NCBI GenBank assembly: GCA_020632395.1
Contig: JACKFQ010000001.1
Span: 313,900 to 377,899 of the forward strand
Source: Candidatus Nomurabacteria bacterium
Lineage (GTDB): Bacteria > Patescibacteriota > Dojkabacteria > SC72 > JAHDCA01
Direction of reading: 5' to 3'
Length of the DNA: 64,000 nt
A model generated the notes under the pieces. It saw only the letters and a program-made list of their open reading frames with translations. It did not search any database and was not told where the DNA came from. The position numbers and the translations under genes were made by a program. Below, piece by piece: positions 1-10,283 of this stretch; the first letter of the stretch is position 1; each line of letters opens with the position of its first letter.

Positions 1-324
1 CCGCTCAATACACTCAAAGAGGCTCATACTATCCGTAGAGGTTATTACGAGTTGGATACCTATGAGAATAGTTTGACCATCAATGGTTACAAAGTGTTCC
101 TCTCGCAGAAGCAGACCCTTTTAGCTCACTATTTCTTGACCAATGAAGGCCTCCGCCCTTTAGAGGAGATCTCGAAAATGTTTGCTACGAATGGATATCC
201 TTCTGATCAAAATAGTGTGAGAGTTGCGATGACCCTATTGAAAAAGAAAATACGGCAGGAAACAAGTTTTGAGATGATCCGATGTAGGAGGGGATTAGGG
301 TTTTACCTGCTTGGATCCCAATGA
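1..324 (+). CDS. Partial CDS (5' end outside window): OmpR/PhoB-type winged-helix DNA-binding C-terminal domain of a response regulator
   Basis: The reading frame is open from position 1. The pattern ELDTYENSLTINGYKVFLSQKQTLL...VRVAMTLLKKKI...IRCRRGLGFYL matches the trans_reg_C consensus (LT..EF.LL ... vdvhi..LRKK ... tvRG.GY). Confidence 0.5.
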   Translation, partial: PLNTLKEAHTIRRGYYELDTYENSLTINGYKVFLSQKQTLLAHYFLTNEGLRPLEEISKMFATNGYPSDQNSVRVAMTLLKKKIRQETSFEMIRCRRGLGFYLLGSQ

Positions 325-2898
325 TCCTTTCAATTTTACGAGTAGTTCTAATGCCTGGAGAGGAGTGAGATTGTCCAGATCAGCTTTTTCAAGTAATTGT
401 TCAACATGTGAGGTTTTCTCATCAAACAATTTGTATTGTACTTCGGGTTTCTGGATCACTCTTTCTACAGATCCTTTCTTATCAATATCACCACCTAATT
501 GAACATCCAAACCTCTTAAGATCTCATTGGCTCTATTCACAACCTCTTTAGGTAAACCAGCCATCTGAGCGACATAGATACCATAGCTCTTATCTGTTCC
601 ACCTCTTACGATCTTCCTCATAAATATCACTTCTTCTCCCGATTCCTGTACCTCTACATTGAAATTTGCAACGATCCCGGGCCACTCCTGTTCAAGCACA
701 GTTAGTTCATGATAATGAGTCGCAAACAATGTTCGTGCTTTGATACTACTTACCAAAAATTCAACTAATGCCCATGCAATGCTCACTCCATCATAGGTAC
801 TAGTTCCTCTACCTACCTCGTCGAGAATTATCAGACTTTTTTCAGTTGCATTGTTCAAAATATTTGCAGACTCCTCCATTTCGACCATAAACGTACTTCT
901 TCCCTGAGCAAGATCATCACTTGCTCCAACCCTAGAAAAGATCCTATCTGTGACAGATATATCTGCTTGCTTAGCAGGAACAAATGAACCGATCTGACTC
1001 ATGAGGACAATTAGAGCAACCTGTCGTATATAGGTCGATTTACCCGACATATTGGGTCCTGTGATGATGATCATCCTTTCGCTTTCAACACTCATCGCCG
1101 TATCGTTTGAAATGAATGTATCTTCAACTAGTCTCTCGATCACTGGATGCCTACCCGAAACGATATTGATTGGTGATCCGTTCGAACCATGCTCGTAAAG
1201 GGTAGGGCGAACATAGTCATATGAAGAAGCTACATAGGCAAATGATTGGATTACGTCAAGCTCTGAAAGTGCAACTGCACAGAGTTTGAGGTCATCAATA
1301 TACTGGAGCAATTCTGTTCTGAGCTTATTAAATTCTGCTAATTCTATTGAGTTGATACGCTCTTGTGAATTCAGGATAAGGTCCTCTTTGATCTTTAATT
1401 CTTCTGTGATGTATCTCTCAGAATTTACTAATGTTTGTTTTCGAATATACTCTTGGGGTACTTTATCGACATGTGTTTTGGTCACCTCGATAAAATATCC
1501 AAATACCTTATTGAACCGGACTTTTAGAGATGGTATCTGGTGTTTCTCGCGCTCGGACTTCTCTAATTCCTTTAACCAGTCCTTACTTCCTGTAGTTAAC
1601 TCTCTTATATCATCAAGCTCTTTATTTGTACCAGCTTTGATAAATCCTCCTTCACTGATATTTGCAGGTGGGTCATCCTTGATACTCTGATCTATTATTT
1701 CGACAACTTTATCAAGCTGAGCCCTTTTAACCCCTCTAGAAAAGGCTTTAAGTGTCGACCTTTGGTTTTTCAATTGATCCTCCAAAGTCGCTGTTCTTTC
1801 AAGTGATAATTGTAGAGCTTTCAGATCTCTTGGATTAACCCTGTTCAACCCGATCTTTCCAACAATACGCTCGATATCATTTATCTCTGCCAAGATTGCT
1901 CGTACCTCAGAAAGTTCAGTAGGTGAAGAGAATAGCTCATCTACCCGCTCACTCCTTTCCAAAATACTTTCTCTATCAACCAAAGGATTTAGGATCCAGC
2001 TATGCAATCTCCTATTACCCATCGGTGTAAGTGTTTCATCTAAGATACCCATGAGACTGTGAGTTTTTGAACCGGTTTGAGAGTTTCGAAGCAGATCCAG
2101 ATTACGGATCGTAGAAATATCAAGGATCATTTTATCGTCAAAAGAGACTAATTTGGGATTGGATATATGCTCGGGTCTACTTTTTTGGGTGTCCTCAATG
2201 TAGTCAAGGATAGTATAAAGCGCTTCAAGCAGTACGATATCATCAGATATCCCCAATCCGTCTATACCTCTTATCCCGAAAAAGGATGCAATCCGATCCT
2301 TCAGTTCCTTTTTATTCTTAGGTAGACTCCCAAATATCTGAATATTTTCGAAATTCAATTTTAGTATATTCTCATCCTCTGATAGGATTACTTCGGCAGG
2401 GTCTAGGGATGAGATGACATGTTCCACTGATCGCTGATCATAATTAGTTCGACTTACCTTCAACTCACCTGTAGATATATCACAATATGATATACCTAAA
2501 TGATTGCCATTAGTGCGTAAGCACAATAGATACGGATTTCTCTCCTGGGTAGCTAGATCACCATCTAATGTTCCGGGTGTTACAACTCTAGTCACACCAC
2601 GTTTGACTATCCCTTTAGCGAATTTCGGGTCCTCCAACTGTTCAACAACGACTGCACACTCCCCGGCTTGTACGATCTTTGGTAAATACTGGTCAATTGC
2701 GTGATGAGGAAAACCAGCTAGTGGAGTAGGGTCGCTATTTTTATCCCGAGTGGTTAATGTTATATTCAGTATCTTTGAGGCTTTAACTGCATCATCCCCA
2801 AAAGTTTCGTAAAAATCACCCATCCTAAATAACAGGATCTTGTCTGGGTATTGCTTCTTGAAGCTGTTGTATTGCCTCATCATAGGCGTTTCCTTCAT
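295..2898 (-). CDS. mutS: DNA mismatch repair protein MutS
   Basis: 867 aa. N-terminus MMRQY...FYRMGDFYETFGDDA is the classic MutS domain I signature. Walker A GPNMSGKSTYIRQ and the C-terminal HTH are present. Confidence 0.95.
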   Translation of the reverse strand: MKETPMMRQYNSFKKQYPDKILLFRMGDFYETFGDDAVKASKILNITLTTRDKNSDPTPLAGFPHHAIDQYLPKIVQAGECAVVVEQLEDPKFAKGIVKRGVTRVVTPGTLDGDLATQERNPYLLCLRTNGNHLGISYCDISTGELKVSRTNYDQRSVEHVISSLDPAEVILSEDENILKLNFENIQIFGSLPKNKKELKDRIASFFGIRGIDGLGISDDIVLLEALYTILDYIEDTQKSRPEHISNPKLVSFDDKMILDISTIRNLDLLRNSQTGSKTHSLMGILDETLTPMGNRRLHSWILNPLVDRESILERSERVDELFSSPTELSEVRAILAEINDIERIVGKIGLNRVNPRDLKALQLSLERTATLEDQLKNQRSTLKAFSRGVKRAQLDKVVEIIDQSIKDDPPANISEGGFIKAGTNKELDDIRELTTGSKDWLKELEKSEREKHQIPSLKVRFNKVFGYFIEVTKTHVDKVPQEYIRKQTLVNSERYITEELKIKEDLILNSQERINSIELAEFNKLRTELLQYIDDLKLCAVALSELDVIQSFAYVASSYDYVRPTLYEHGSNGSPINIVSGRHPVIERLVEDTFISNDTAMSVESERMIIITGPNMSGKSTYIRQVALIVLMSQIGSFVPAKQADISVTDRIFSRVGASDDLAQGRSTFMVEMEESANILNNATEKSLIILDEVGRGTSTYDGVSIAWALVEFLVSSIKARTLFATHYHELTVLEQEWPGIVANFNVEVQESGEEVIFMRKIVRGGTDKSYGIYVAQMAGLPKEVVNRANEILRGLDVQLGGDIDKKGSVERVIQKPEVQYKLFDEKTSHVEQLLEKADLDNLTPLQALELLVKLKGSLGSKQVKP

Positions 2899-2958
2899 GC
2901 TGTGAGTATAGCATATAAGAAATTCAGGAGGACATAGATCAGAGGTGTAGTAGCAAGG

Positions 2959-5676
2959 TCATTCCATGCTCAAGATCATTTTCGCCTCTTCGTCAGCTAC
3001 GAATTGCTTCATCCTTTTTGCGTATTCTGGCGATACTATTATGCCGTTGACTCCTGATCTAACGCAGTTCTTGACGAGAGAAACATTATCATCTGTGACT
3101 ACTGAGACTTTTATTCTTGAATCCTTTAATTTCTCAAGTAACTCTGAGATGATATTCCATAGGCTATTCGTCCCAAGATCATATTTAGCATTTTTATCAA
3201 ATCTTGAAAGTCCTTGAAGTTGTCTTGCGATAAGTGGTGTGTTTACTATCACTCCGTCGATACCTGCACTAACGATCTCATCGATCAGTATTATTTCAGA
3301 GGTTGAATCTATTATCACGTAAACATTGAAAGTACCTGTTCTCTTCAAACCATTGCTGGTCAACTCTTTTTTAACCTCCTTTATAGCTTGAATGTTGGAT
3401 GGTGCATGTATAGCTACAGAAACATTTCTACTCTTGTACACATTTCTTACCCTTCTGATCATCTCCAACTCTTTGTTGAGCAGTTCCTTTGAACGTACTA
3501 ATCGCTGAGCACCAAAAAGATCTTGATCCAATGTTGCGTCCTCATAAGAAGATCCCTTAGTAAGTCCTCGCATCTGACCAACAGTAGCAGAACCTAAAGC
3601 AACTACTACCTCCTTGCCCTCAGCATTATCAGAATACTCGTCTAGGATCAACTCAAACTGTTTCGAATATTCTTTGAATTTTTTCTCAGCTACAAAAGCC
3701 AACGGATGACGCCCAGCCTCAAGCATAAAGGCTTCTAGATCTATATATGAAATCCCGTCTACATATTCATTGAGATCCTTATGATCGGCAGAGAGTGTAG
3801 CTTGACCGGGCAATAGTAAAACCTTTGTTGCAGTAGGAATATATCGGTCTGTAGCGTCCTTTTGTACTTCAGGGGTGACAGATGCTTTGATCGTATCCTC
3901 AGCCACCTTTTCGAGATCTAGATCACTCGTCTTCTCATTTTCATTTACCACTGGAGCAGATTTTGCTTCGACCTCCTTTTTCTGTGGTTCAAGATCTTCT
4001 TTTCTTACAATTTTGTATATACTACCGACATTTCCATCGATCTTGACATAATCACCATCCCTCAATAGCGTAGAGGCCAATCCCGTACCAACAACTGCTG
4101 GTACATTAAGCTCCCTACACAATATCGATACATCGCTGGTCAATCCACCTTCATCCATGATCACACCTCCAGCCTGCATCACGAAGGGTTCCAAAGAGCT
4201 GTTGAAATTCTTTATCAGGAGGATGTCGTCTTTGGTATATATATCATTTGAGATCTTTGAGGCACCATCTATCACAGATAACTTCCCCATAACTATACCT
4301 ACACTTGAGCCAATACCAGAAAGCAGGAATTGAGTGATACTTGCTGGTGGAGATATTGGTAAGCCCATTTCTGCCCTTGTTTTCTGTTGATCCTTTACTT
4401 TCTTCTCGACAGCCTTATCCTTCTTCGCTTGCCTTCTTTCATCCATCTGTTGGACTTTCTTTTCGATCTTTTCTATCTGTTTCTGTTGAATTGCGATCTC
4501 TTCAGTAGTAGGTGCGACAGGTTCTTCGGATGTTTCATCTTCTGACTTCGGTTGTAGCTGTTCTGAACGCTGTATTGCAGCATTCCTTTCTGAAAGCTCC
4601 TCTTTCATGATATCTACTGCGATATCATAAACACTATCCGTCTCGATAGGTTTCTGAGCGACATTTTGTGTGGCAAATTCACTTGCAGGATCAGAGATCG
4701 GTTTTGATTGCAGTATCCATACATTACCTGATTCCCAACACCATTCTATGATCTGTGCTTTCTTTTCTTGATGTTCGATGATTAGACATACTTTTGCAAC
4801 ATCGATCAGATGCGGATCCTCTAATTTCTGCTGGTGACTCCATGAACGTGAGATCTGTATCTTCTGGAAATCATCACCAGCACCTACCTTTTTATCAGAA
4901 GGTCTGCGTATACGCATCCATTCTTGAGGTGAGATATGTTTTTCTACAATATCGAGATGTTTCTTTTCCAATGAATATCTATCTGGTGTGATCGCACCTT
5001 CGGTGATAACATCACCAAGCCCAAAAACTGCCTCTATGCTCATTGAGCCCTTATCTCCTGTGACAGGGTCTACAGTATAGGCGATACCGGATACCTCCGG
5101 TTGCACCATACGTTGTATAACTACAGCCATCTGCAATGAAGATACATCGACATTCTTATCTCTGGAATACAGGACTACTCTTTCTTTGAATACAGACAGG
5201 TAAACCTGCTTGATAGCGGCAAATAATTGATCTAATCCTCTAACACTTAATTCGGTGCCAAATATACCTGAAAAGCTCACACTTGAATCTACAGGATATA
5301 CCACTGAGGATCGGACTGCTACCCATGCGTTTGAGAAGCCTGATAATCTTGAGTATGCCTTGATCAGATCATCTCTGACCATATCATCAAAATCAGTAGA
5401 CAGTATCATCTTCTCTAATTCTTTAACATCAGGATCCTTTACTTTTTCTAATAATTTGCCTAATTTTCTATCAAATGCAGAAAAAAGAAAGTCGCGATAT
5501 ACATTAGGCGAGATCACAAAGAAGTCGGGGATCGGAACATCCATGTCACGGAGTTTGAACAGACTCATCCCTTTACGTCCGACAGTATCTTCACGAACTT
5601 CTTTAGAAGAGTGATCTTCGTGAAAATACACATTCATCTCATTTGCTTCATTCGAATCTTTTGAAAAGCCAAACAT
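2959..5676 (-). CDS. PEP-utilizing enzyme family protein (phosphoenolpyruvate synthase / pyruvate phosphate dikinase-like). The phosphohistidine is replaced by Asp.
   Basis: N-terminal PPDK_N-like ATP-grasp region (AVRSSVVYPVD..SFSGIFGTEL, MAVVIQRMVQPEVSGIAYTVDP, WILQSKPI). The mobile-domain motif GGLTSDVSILCRELNVPAVVG matches the canonical GGRTSHAAIIARELGIPAVVG. A C-terminal PEP-utilizers TIM-barrel-like region (LGTNSL) is present. Lys/Glu-rich linkers are inserted. Confidence 0.8.
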   Translation of the reverse strand: MFGFSKDSNEANEMNVYFHEDHSSKEVREDTVGRKGMSLFKLRDMDVPIPDFFVISPNVYRDFLFSAFDRKLGKLLEKVKDPDVKELEKMILSTDFDDMVRDDLIKAYSRLSGFSNAWVAVRSSVVYPVDSSVSFSGIFGTELSVRGLDQLFAAIKQVYLSVFKERVVLYSRDKNVDVSSLQMAVVIQRMVQPEVSGIAYTVDPVTGDKGSMSIEAVFGLGDVITEGAITPDRYSLEKKHLDIVEKHISPQEWMRIRRPSDKKVGAGDDFQKIQISRSWSHQQKLEDPHLIDVAKVCLIIEHQEKKAQIIEWCWESGNVWILQSKPISDPASEFATQNVAQKPIETDSVYDIAVDIMKEELSERNAAIQRSEQLQPKSEDETSEEPVAPTTEEIAIQQKQIEKIEKKVQQMDERRQAKKDKAVEKKVKDQQKTRAEMGLPISPPASITQFLLSGIGSSVGIVMGKLSVIDGASKISNDIYTKDDILLIKNFNSSLEPFVMQAGGVIMDEGGLTSDVSILCRELNVPAVVGTGLASTLLRDGDYVKIDGNVGSIYKIVRKEDLEPQKKEVEAKSAPVVNENEKTSDLDLEKVAEDTIKASVTPEVQKDATDRYIPTATKVLLLPGQATLSADHKDLNEYVDGISYIDLEAFMLEAGRHPLAFVAEKKFKEYSKQFELILDEYSDNAEGKEVVVALGSATVGQMRGLTKGSSYEDATLDQDLFGAQRLVRSKELLNKELEMIRRVRNVYKSRNVSVAIHAPSNIQAIKEVKKELTSNGLKRTGTFNVYVIIDSTSEIILIDEIVSAGIDGVIVNTPLIARQLQGLSRFDKNAKYDLGTNSLWNIISELLEKLKDSRIKVSVVTDDNVSLVKNCVRSGVNGIIVSPEYAKRMKQFVADEEAKMILSME

Positions 5677-5812
5677 CCTAGGGCAGTGCTATAAGAACTT
5701 ACTTGAATGTACTGAAGTGCCAGAAAACAAACAGCCTATGCAATCCAGTATACATCACATTCTAGCACAGTATGACACTGGGGCTAAGTATCTTCGGGCT
5801 ATAAGTTAGCGG

Positions 5813-6910
5813 TTAAAGTTGTCCTATCTTATTAAGCTTCTGCAACTTAAAGAAAAATTCATATGCGATCTTTAATAGTACAAGTATAGGTACAGTCAAT
5901 ACCGCACCAGTCACACTACCTAAAGTGAAACCGATCAAGATCCCAACAACAACGACAATCGGCTTCAACCCAGCAACATTACCCATTATCTTGGGTGTGA
6001 TGAATACATTATCGATCTGTTGGATCAGTACATAACCAATCGCCACAGCGATCGCAGATCCAAAACCAGATGTCAGTAATGCGACAAATATTGCCGGAAG
6101 AGAGGAGAATATCGGTCCTAGAGTAGGTATGACGGTTAATAATCCCGCAATGGTGGCTAAAGGCAATGCAAACTTCACTCCAATGATCGATAACACAATA
6201 AATGACAAAGTACCGATTATCAACATCAAGGCACCTTGACTAAGTAACCATGTACCTAACTTCTGTTCAACCTCAACGATCAATTCTGTGACGAGAGTCT
6301 TTCGCTTCTCATTTTGGATCCGCAGAAGAAGTATAGCGATAAATGAGTCATGCTCAAGAATTATATAGACAGAAAGAATGATCATGAAGAACAGCGAGCT
6401 AGCAAAACCACCAATACTCGAAAGTGCACTAATAGTCTCGTCAGCTCCTGAAAACCACGAGCTGATGAAGTTCGTTCCGGAGATATTGTTATCATAGAAA
6501 TTTTGTAGGCTCGTCCTTAACTCACTCTCTTTGACATCAATAAATGGAATTTTACTCAAAAAATCCGCCGAGTCTGTGAGGAGATTTTCAATAAAGCCAG
6601 GTATATCGCTTGAAACCACATTCAGCTCGATTGTGATCGGTCTGACAACAGCAAAAGAGATGAAAGTGACGATCAGTAGCATACCGATATATGTTACAGC
6701 AACAGCAAGCACCTTAGGAACTTTCTTTCTCTCTAATGTCGAAACTAATGGGATCAGCGAAGATGCTATGACAAATGCAAAAAATACCAATACGATGATA
6801 GGGAATATTCTGTAGATCAGTGCTAGTGCAAATATCGTCACCAATATCCTAAAAATTGTATTCCAAGAAATATCAACAACGACCATATCTGCTTTCTTTT
6901 TCTCTGTCAT
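5813..6910 (-). CDS. AI-2E family (PerM/UPF0118) integral membrane transporter
   Basis: 365 aa polytopic membrane protein. The conserved C-terminal segment ITPKIMGNVAGLKPIVVVVGILIG is typical of AI-2E transporters. Confidence 0.65.
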   Translation of the reverse strand: MTEKKKADMVVVDISWNTIFRILVTIFALALIYRIFPIIVLVFFAFVIASSLIPLVSTLERKKVPKVLAVAVTYIGMLLIVTFISFAVVRPITIELNVVSSDIPGFIENLLTDSADFLSKIPFIDVKESELRTSLQNFYDNNISGTNFISSWFSGADETISALSSIGGFASSLFFMIILSVYIILEHDSFIAILLLRIQNEKRKTLVTELIVEVEQKLGTWLLSQGALMLIIGTLSFIVLSIIGVKFALPLATIAGLLTVIPTLGPIFSSLPAIFVALLTSGFGSAIAVAIGYVLIQQIDNVFITPKIMGNVAGLKPIVVVVGILIGFTLGSVTGAVLTVPILVLLKIAYEFFFKLQKLNKIGQL

Positions 6911-6932
6911 ACAAAAATTACCCTCAAGTTAT

Positions 6933-7592
6933 CTAACGATCTTCTTGCTTATTATATAACATATTGTTGCTACTTATTAGATTTGGGAATATCAACATCC
7001 CGAATCCGACCCCAAAGAGTCCACCGGTTATGATCCTTTTCCATATACTAGCGAAATACGCATCCGGAACCCAGGATAGATCAAAGATCTCTGCGATCAG
7101 TTGGAACCCACCGTCCAGCATCATCGGTAACATTAGAGCCAGTATCAAACCCCATTTGAATGTGTACGGTAGATCCTTACCACTTATTCGGTATTTCAAT
7201 ATATAAATCAACCCAAATGCAACGAGAGCCACATAGATAGCTAGATCCCTTATACACAAAGCCACCTTATAACCTACCTGATCATTTCCGACATACGGAT
7301 GCCCATAGATAGATGTAGATAGAGCTTTTGGTACATAGGGATTTTCAGCCGGAATGACACCCTTAGCTTCAAGTTCGTCTAGTGAATAAAATCTGATAAA
7401 TCCCTCCTGTCCGAGTATGAACATCGATCTCTCGACCCTTTGATGACAAAAGACGCGATATATAGCTGTCACTTTCTGACCAAGTTCAGGGTGACCAAAC
7501 TTTTGTAGGAGCGGACCAGTAAATGCCCCAAGTAGATATATGCAGAGGAATATGAGCATTCCCTCAGCTGAATATTTGCGAAGTAACTCCAT
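6933..7592 (-). CDS. DUF2085-like membrane protein
   Basis: 219 aa with about four TM segments. The VFCHQRVERSMFI motif resembles the CHQRPERSF signature of DUF2085. Confidence 0.45.
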   Translation of the reverse strand: MELLRKYSAEGMLIFLCIYLLGAFTGPLLQKFGHPELGQKVTAIYRVFCHQRVERSMFILGQEGFIRFYSLDELEAKGVIPAENPYVPKALSTSIYGHPYVGNDQVGYKVALCIRDLAIYVALVAFGLIYILKYRISGKDLPYTFKWGLILALMLPMMLDGGFQLIAEIFDLSWVPDAYFASIWKRIITGGLFGVGFGMLIFPNLISSNNMLYNKQEDR

Positions 7593-7663
7593 GTGTTAAT
7601 ATGATTCAAATCAAACTATTCTTCGATTATACTGGATAAGTTAATTATTGATAGTGAATTCTC

Positions 7664-8362
7664 ATGTTCGATCTATTCAAGAATTTTGGATCATCGGATT
7701 CAATAAGTTTTTTCAAGCTATATAACAATCTCCGTGCATGGCAAGATGCGGGTAGATTTCCTGCTGAGTATGAGTTGCCAGAAGCGATCTCTTTTACAGA
7801 GGATTTCTGGAAACGTGTCATCAAGCTATACAAATACACTAGAGCTGATGGATTTGAACGAGCGATAGCAGTTTTCTGGGCTGATGGAGATCTGATACTT
7901 TCTTCGGATATCATGGGAAATCGTAAAGCTGTCACACCAAAAAGTAATGTGTCCGTATTGTACTCAGCATCTAGACATAAAGGATATCTCAGAAAAGAAG
8001 TTTTTTTGAATGACAAACTTTATAGTCGTAAAGATGTTTATGAAAAGAAAGTTCCTCGTCAAATTGAGGTCAAATATCTTTTCAATATGCATACTCATCC
8101 GCCACATGAAGGAGCTGATGGACAGAACTTCTATACATACTTCTCAGCACAAGACATCAAATCCCTTCTGGCATCCAAAGCAGTTATCACTGGGATGATA
8201 GGAGATAAATTGAATATCCTCTTCAGGACATCAAGTACACCATCATCAGCTGATCAGATAACAGATCAACAAATAAATATGGAGTTCCTAGTTAGGGAAC
8301 TCCATATCGCTGTTTACCAAGGTGATTTCAAGTCAAAGGTCAAACGTGTGACCATCAATTGA
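7664..8362 (+). CDS. Hypothetical protein with a possible metal-binding HxH...SxxD motif
   Basis: 232 aa. MHTHPPHEGADGQNFYTYFSAQD is loosely JAMM/MPN-like, but the spacing is non-canonical. No other recognisable motif. Confidence 0.3.
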   Translation: MFDLFKNFGSSDSISFFKLYNNLRAWQDAGRFPAEYELPEAISFTEDFWKRVIKLYKYTRADGFERAIAVFWADGDLILSSDIMGNRKAVTPKSNVSVLYSASRHKGYLRKEVFLNDKLYSRKDVYEKKVPRQIEVKYLFNMHTHPPHEGADGQNFYTYFSAQDIKSLLASKAVITGMIGDKLNILFRTSSTPSSADQITDQQINMEFLVRELHIAVYQGDFKSKVKRVTIN

Positions 8363-8365
8363 CCT

Positions 8366-9394
8366 TTATCTCTTTGAACCTAGTTTGACTGCAACAACTC
8401 CGCTATTGAGTGAAAATACTGCTACTGCGATCAATCCTAAGATAAGCATTAGAGTGTTCCCACCTAATATATCCATGGCTGCATCTAATTCACCAGCAGC
8501 TTCAGGAAGATCAGGAGTATCAGTGACACCTGCTACTGTACCGTCACCAGTAGTAACACCATCACCATTCAGATCACCGTCAGCATCATCAACCACACCA
8601 TCTCCATTTACGTCACCAGAGGCGATCGGTTCTACAAATGCTGGGTATGAGACTTCAAGTTTGAGGGCTAATTCTCTTTCGTTTCCTGCCTCATCTACCA
8701 AAGTGACATTATATTCAGTATCTTTAGCATTTAACTTGATCTGTTCGAAATTAAATTTCCCGTCTTCATTAGCTGAGGTGTAATACTCAACACCATCAGG
8801 AGCAGAAAGTCTGACAATAGCATTTGGGTCGACTGTTCCTGAGAGATCGAATTTTCCATCCTGTGAAATTGGATCGTAGTCAAATTCAGCCTCTGCTGAA
8901 GGAGCTGTCTTATCTAAAGTGATACTTGAGATATCTGACTTCTTGCTTCTATTTCTTAGAGGGAATCCTTCAACTGTTGCAGCTTGGATATCATACACTC
9001 CCTCCTCGTTGGGCAATGTTAATTCTGCAGAAAATTCACCATCTGAGTCTGCAGTAGCAACGACATCAGATTCTTCACCATCGATAAAGAACATTACTTC
9101 ACCATCTGGTGAGGTAGTACCTTCAACTGCTGTCACTTCCTCGTTTGTATATAGATTTGCTTTGAGTGTGGGGACTTCAAGAGACTCATCGATCTCGGCA
9201 GTCCTTCTTGAAAGCACTACGACAACAACTGCTAATACAATGAATGCTGCACCAAGAAGTATCAACCCAAAACCTATGATCTTGGCCATCAAACTATCTT
9301 CTTCTGTAGCCATTTGCTGATTGACCTTATCGACCATCTTCTTGTCAACAGACTGATTTCTAGTATCCGTACCTTTTGTAGTTGGTTTCATCAA
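8366..9394 (-). CDS. Cell-surface protein with Ig-like beta-rich repeats, Asp/Gly calcium-binding-like repeats and a C-terminal sorting-signal-like tail
   Basis: Signal/anchor sequence (MAKIIGFGLILLGAAFIVLAVVVVVL) and DVNGDGVVDDADGDLNGDGV repeats. The C-terminal LPEAAG is followed by a hydrophobic stretch and a KLGSKR basic tail. The gene is divergently adjacent to a sortase gene. Confidence 0.5.
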   Translation of the reverse strand: MMKPTTKGTDTRNQSVDKKMVDKVNQQMATEEDSLMAKIIGFGLILLGAAFIVLAVVVVVLSRRTAEIDESLEVPTLKANLYTNEEVTAVEGTTSPDGEVMFFIDGEESDVVATADSDGEFSAELTLPNEEGVYDIQAATVEGFPLRNRSKKSDISSITLDKTAPSAEAEFDYDPISQDGKFDLSGTVDPNAIVRLSAPDGVEYYTSANEDGKFNFEQIKLNAKDTEYNVTLVDEAGNERELALKLEVSYPAFVEPIASGDVNGDGVVDDADGDLNGDGVTTGDGTVAGVTDTPDLPEAAGELDAAMDILGGNTLMLILGLIAVAVFSLNSGVVAVKLGSKR

Positions 9395-9462
9395 CCGAAA
9401 CTTTGATCAATTTATTACAAAAGGATTTTAACCTAATCCTATAATAAATGCAATAAGCGTAT

Positions 9463-10212
9463 GTGTCTGGTATAATATCAGCCAAGATGAATCGCACAAG
9501 AACAAGAAAAGTTTTTCTTAAAACATTAAGTCTATTTATTACCCCTCTACCATTCATAGGGGCACTCCTTCTGATCGTATATCCAAACTATAATGATATA
9601 GTTCTGGCAAAAGAGTCGTTCGATCCTCAAGGAAAAACAAGAAGTGTTACATTACATCTATTTACAACATTAGCGCCTTCAAAGGCACTTGTTGATTACG
9701 AAGCAGATTTTGACAACAGCAACTCACTGGAATATGTTTCTCCTGAAGTATTAGCTCGTTTCCAGAACTCTGGAACGGTAGCTCAGAGATTAGAGCCTAT
9801 ATCAACTACGTTGAACATAGAGTCCGCTAGGATCAATGCTCCCATAAGAGACGGGGAAGATGCATTTGCAATGGAACGAGGTCCTTGGCATTTCCCTCTT
9901 TCAGTCAGACCTGGAGAAAAAGGTAATATGGTTGTGATTGGCCATAGATTTGCAGAATTGCCTCCAAGCACAAATACGTTCTTCAATCTTGACAAGATCA
10001 AGATAGGCGACAAGATCACGATCACACAGCAAGGAGGGATCGAATACACTTATACTGTCACAGAAACAAAAGTTGTTGAGAAAAATGACCGCAGTATCCT
10101 TGCAGATCACAATGACCATCGGATCACTCTAGTGACTTGTACCCCCCTGTGGACATCAAAACAGAGATTAGTAGTAGTAGGTCAACTGGACAAAGCCTAC
10201 AGAAATATATAG
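9463..10212 (+). CDS. Sortase family transpeptidase
   Basis: N-terminal TM anchor. Catalytic His in VVIGHRFAE, Cys in the TLVTCTP (TLXTC) motif, and a downstream Arg (KQRLVVVG). Confidence 0.8.
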   Translation: MSGIISAKMNRTRTRKVFLKTLSLFITPLPFIGALLLIVYPNYNDIVLAKESFDPQGKTRSVTLHLFTTLAPSKALVDYEADFDNSNSLEYVSPEVLARFQNSGTVAQRLEPISTTLNIESARINAPIRDGEDAFAMERGPWHFPLSVRPGEKGNMVVIGHRFAELPPSTNTFFNLDKIKIGDKITITQQGGIEYTYTVTETKVVEKNDRSILADHNDHRITLVTCTPLWTSKQRLVVVGQLDKAYRNI

Positions 10213-10283
10213 AATACTCACGTTTTTACAGTACGGAGTTATTTCCTACTGCAAACATCTTGTAACTTTATAAACGCTTATCC

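Noticed and set aside
1286-1690. Plus-strand ORFs inside mutS (311-502, 1286-1690, 2504-2704) and similar antisense ORFs inside other long genes (for example 16641-17180, 36609-37028, 38935-39570, 48807-49334)
   Set aside because: They are antisense to long, well-supported genes and have low-complexity Ser/Leu-rich translations typical of shadow ORFs.
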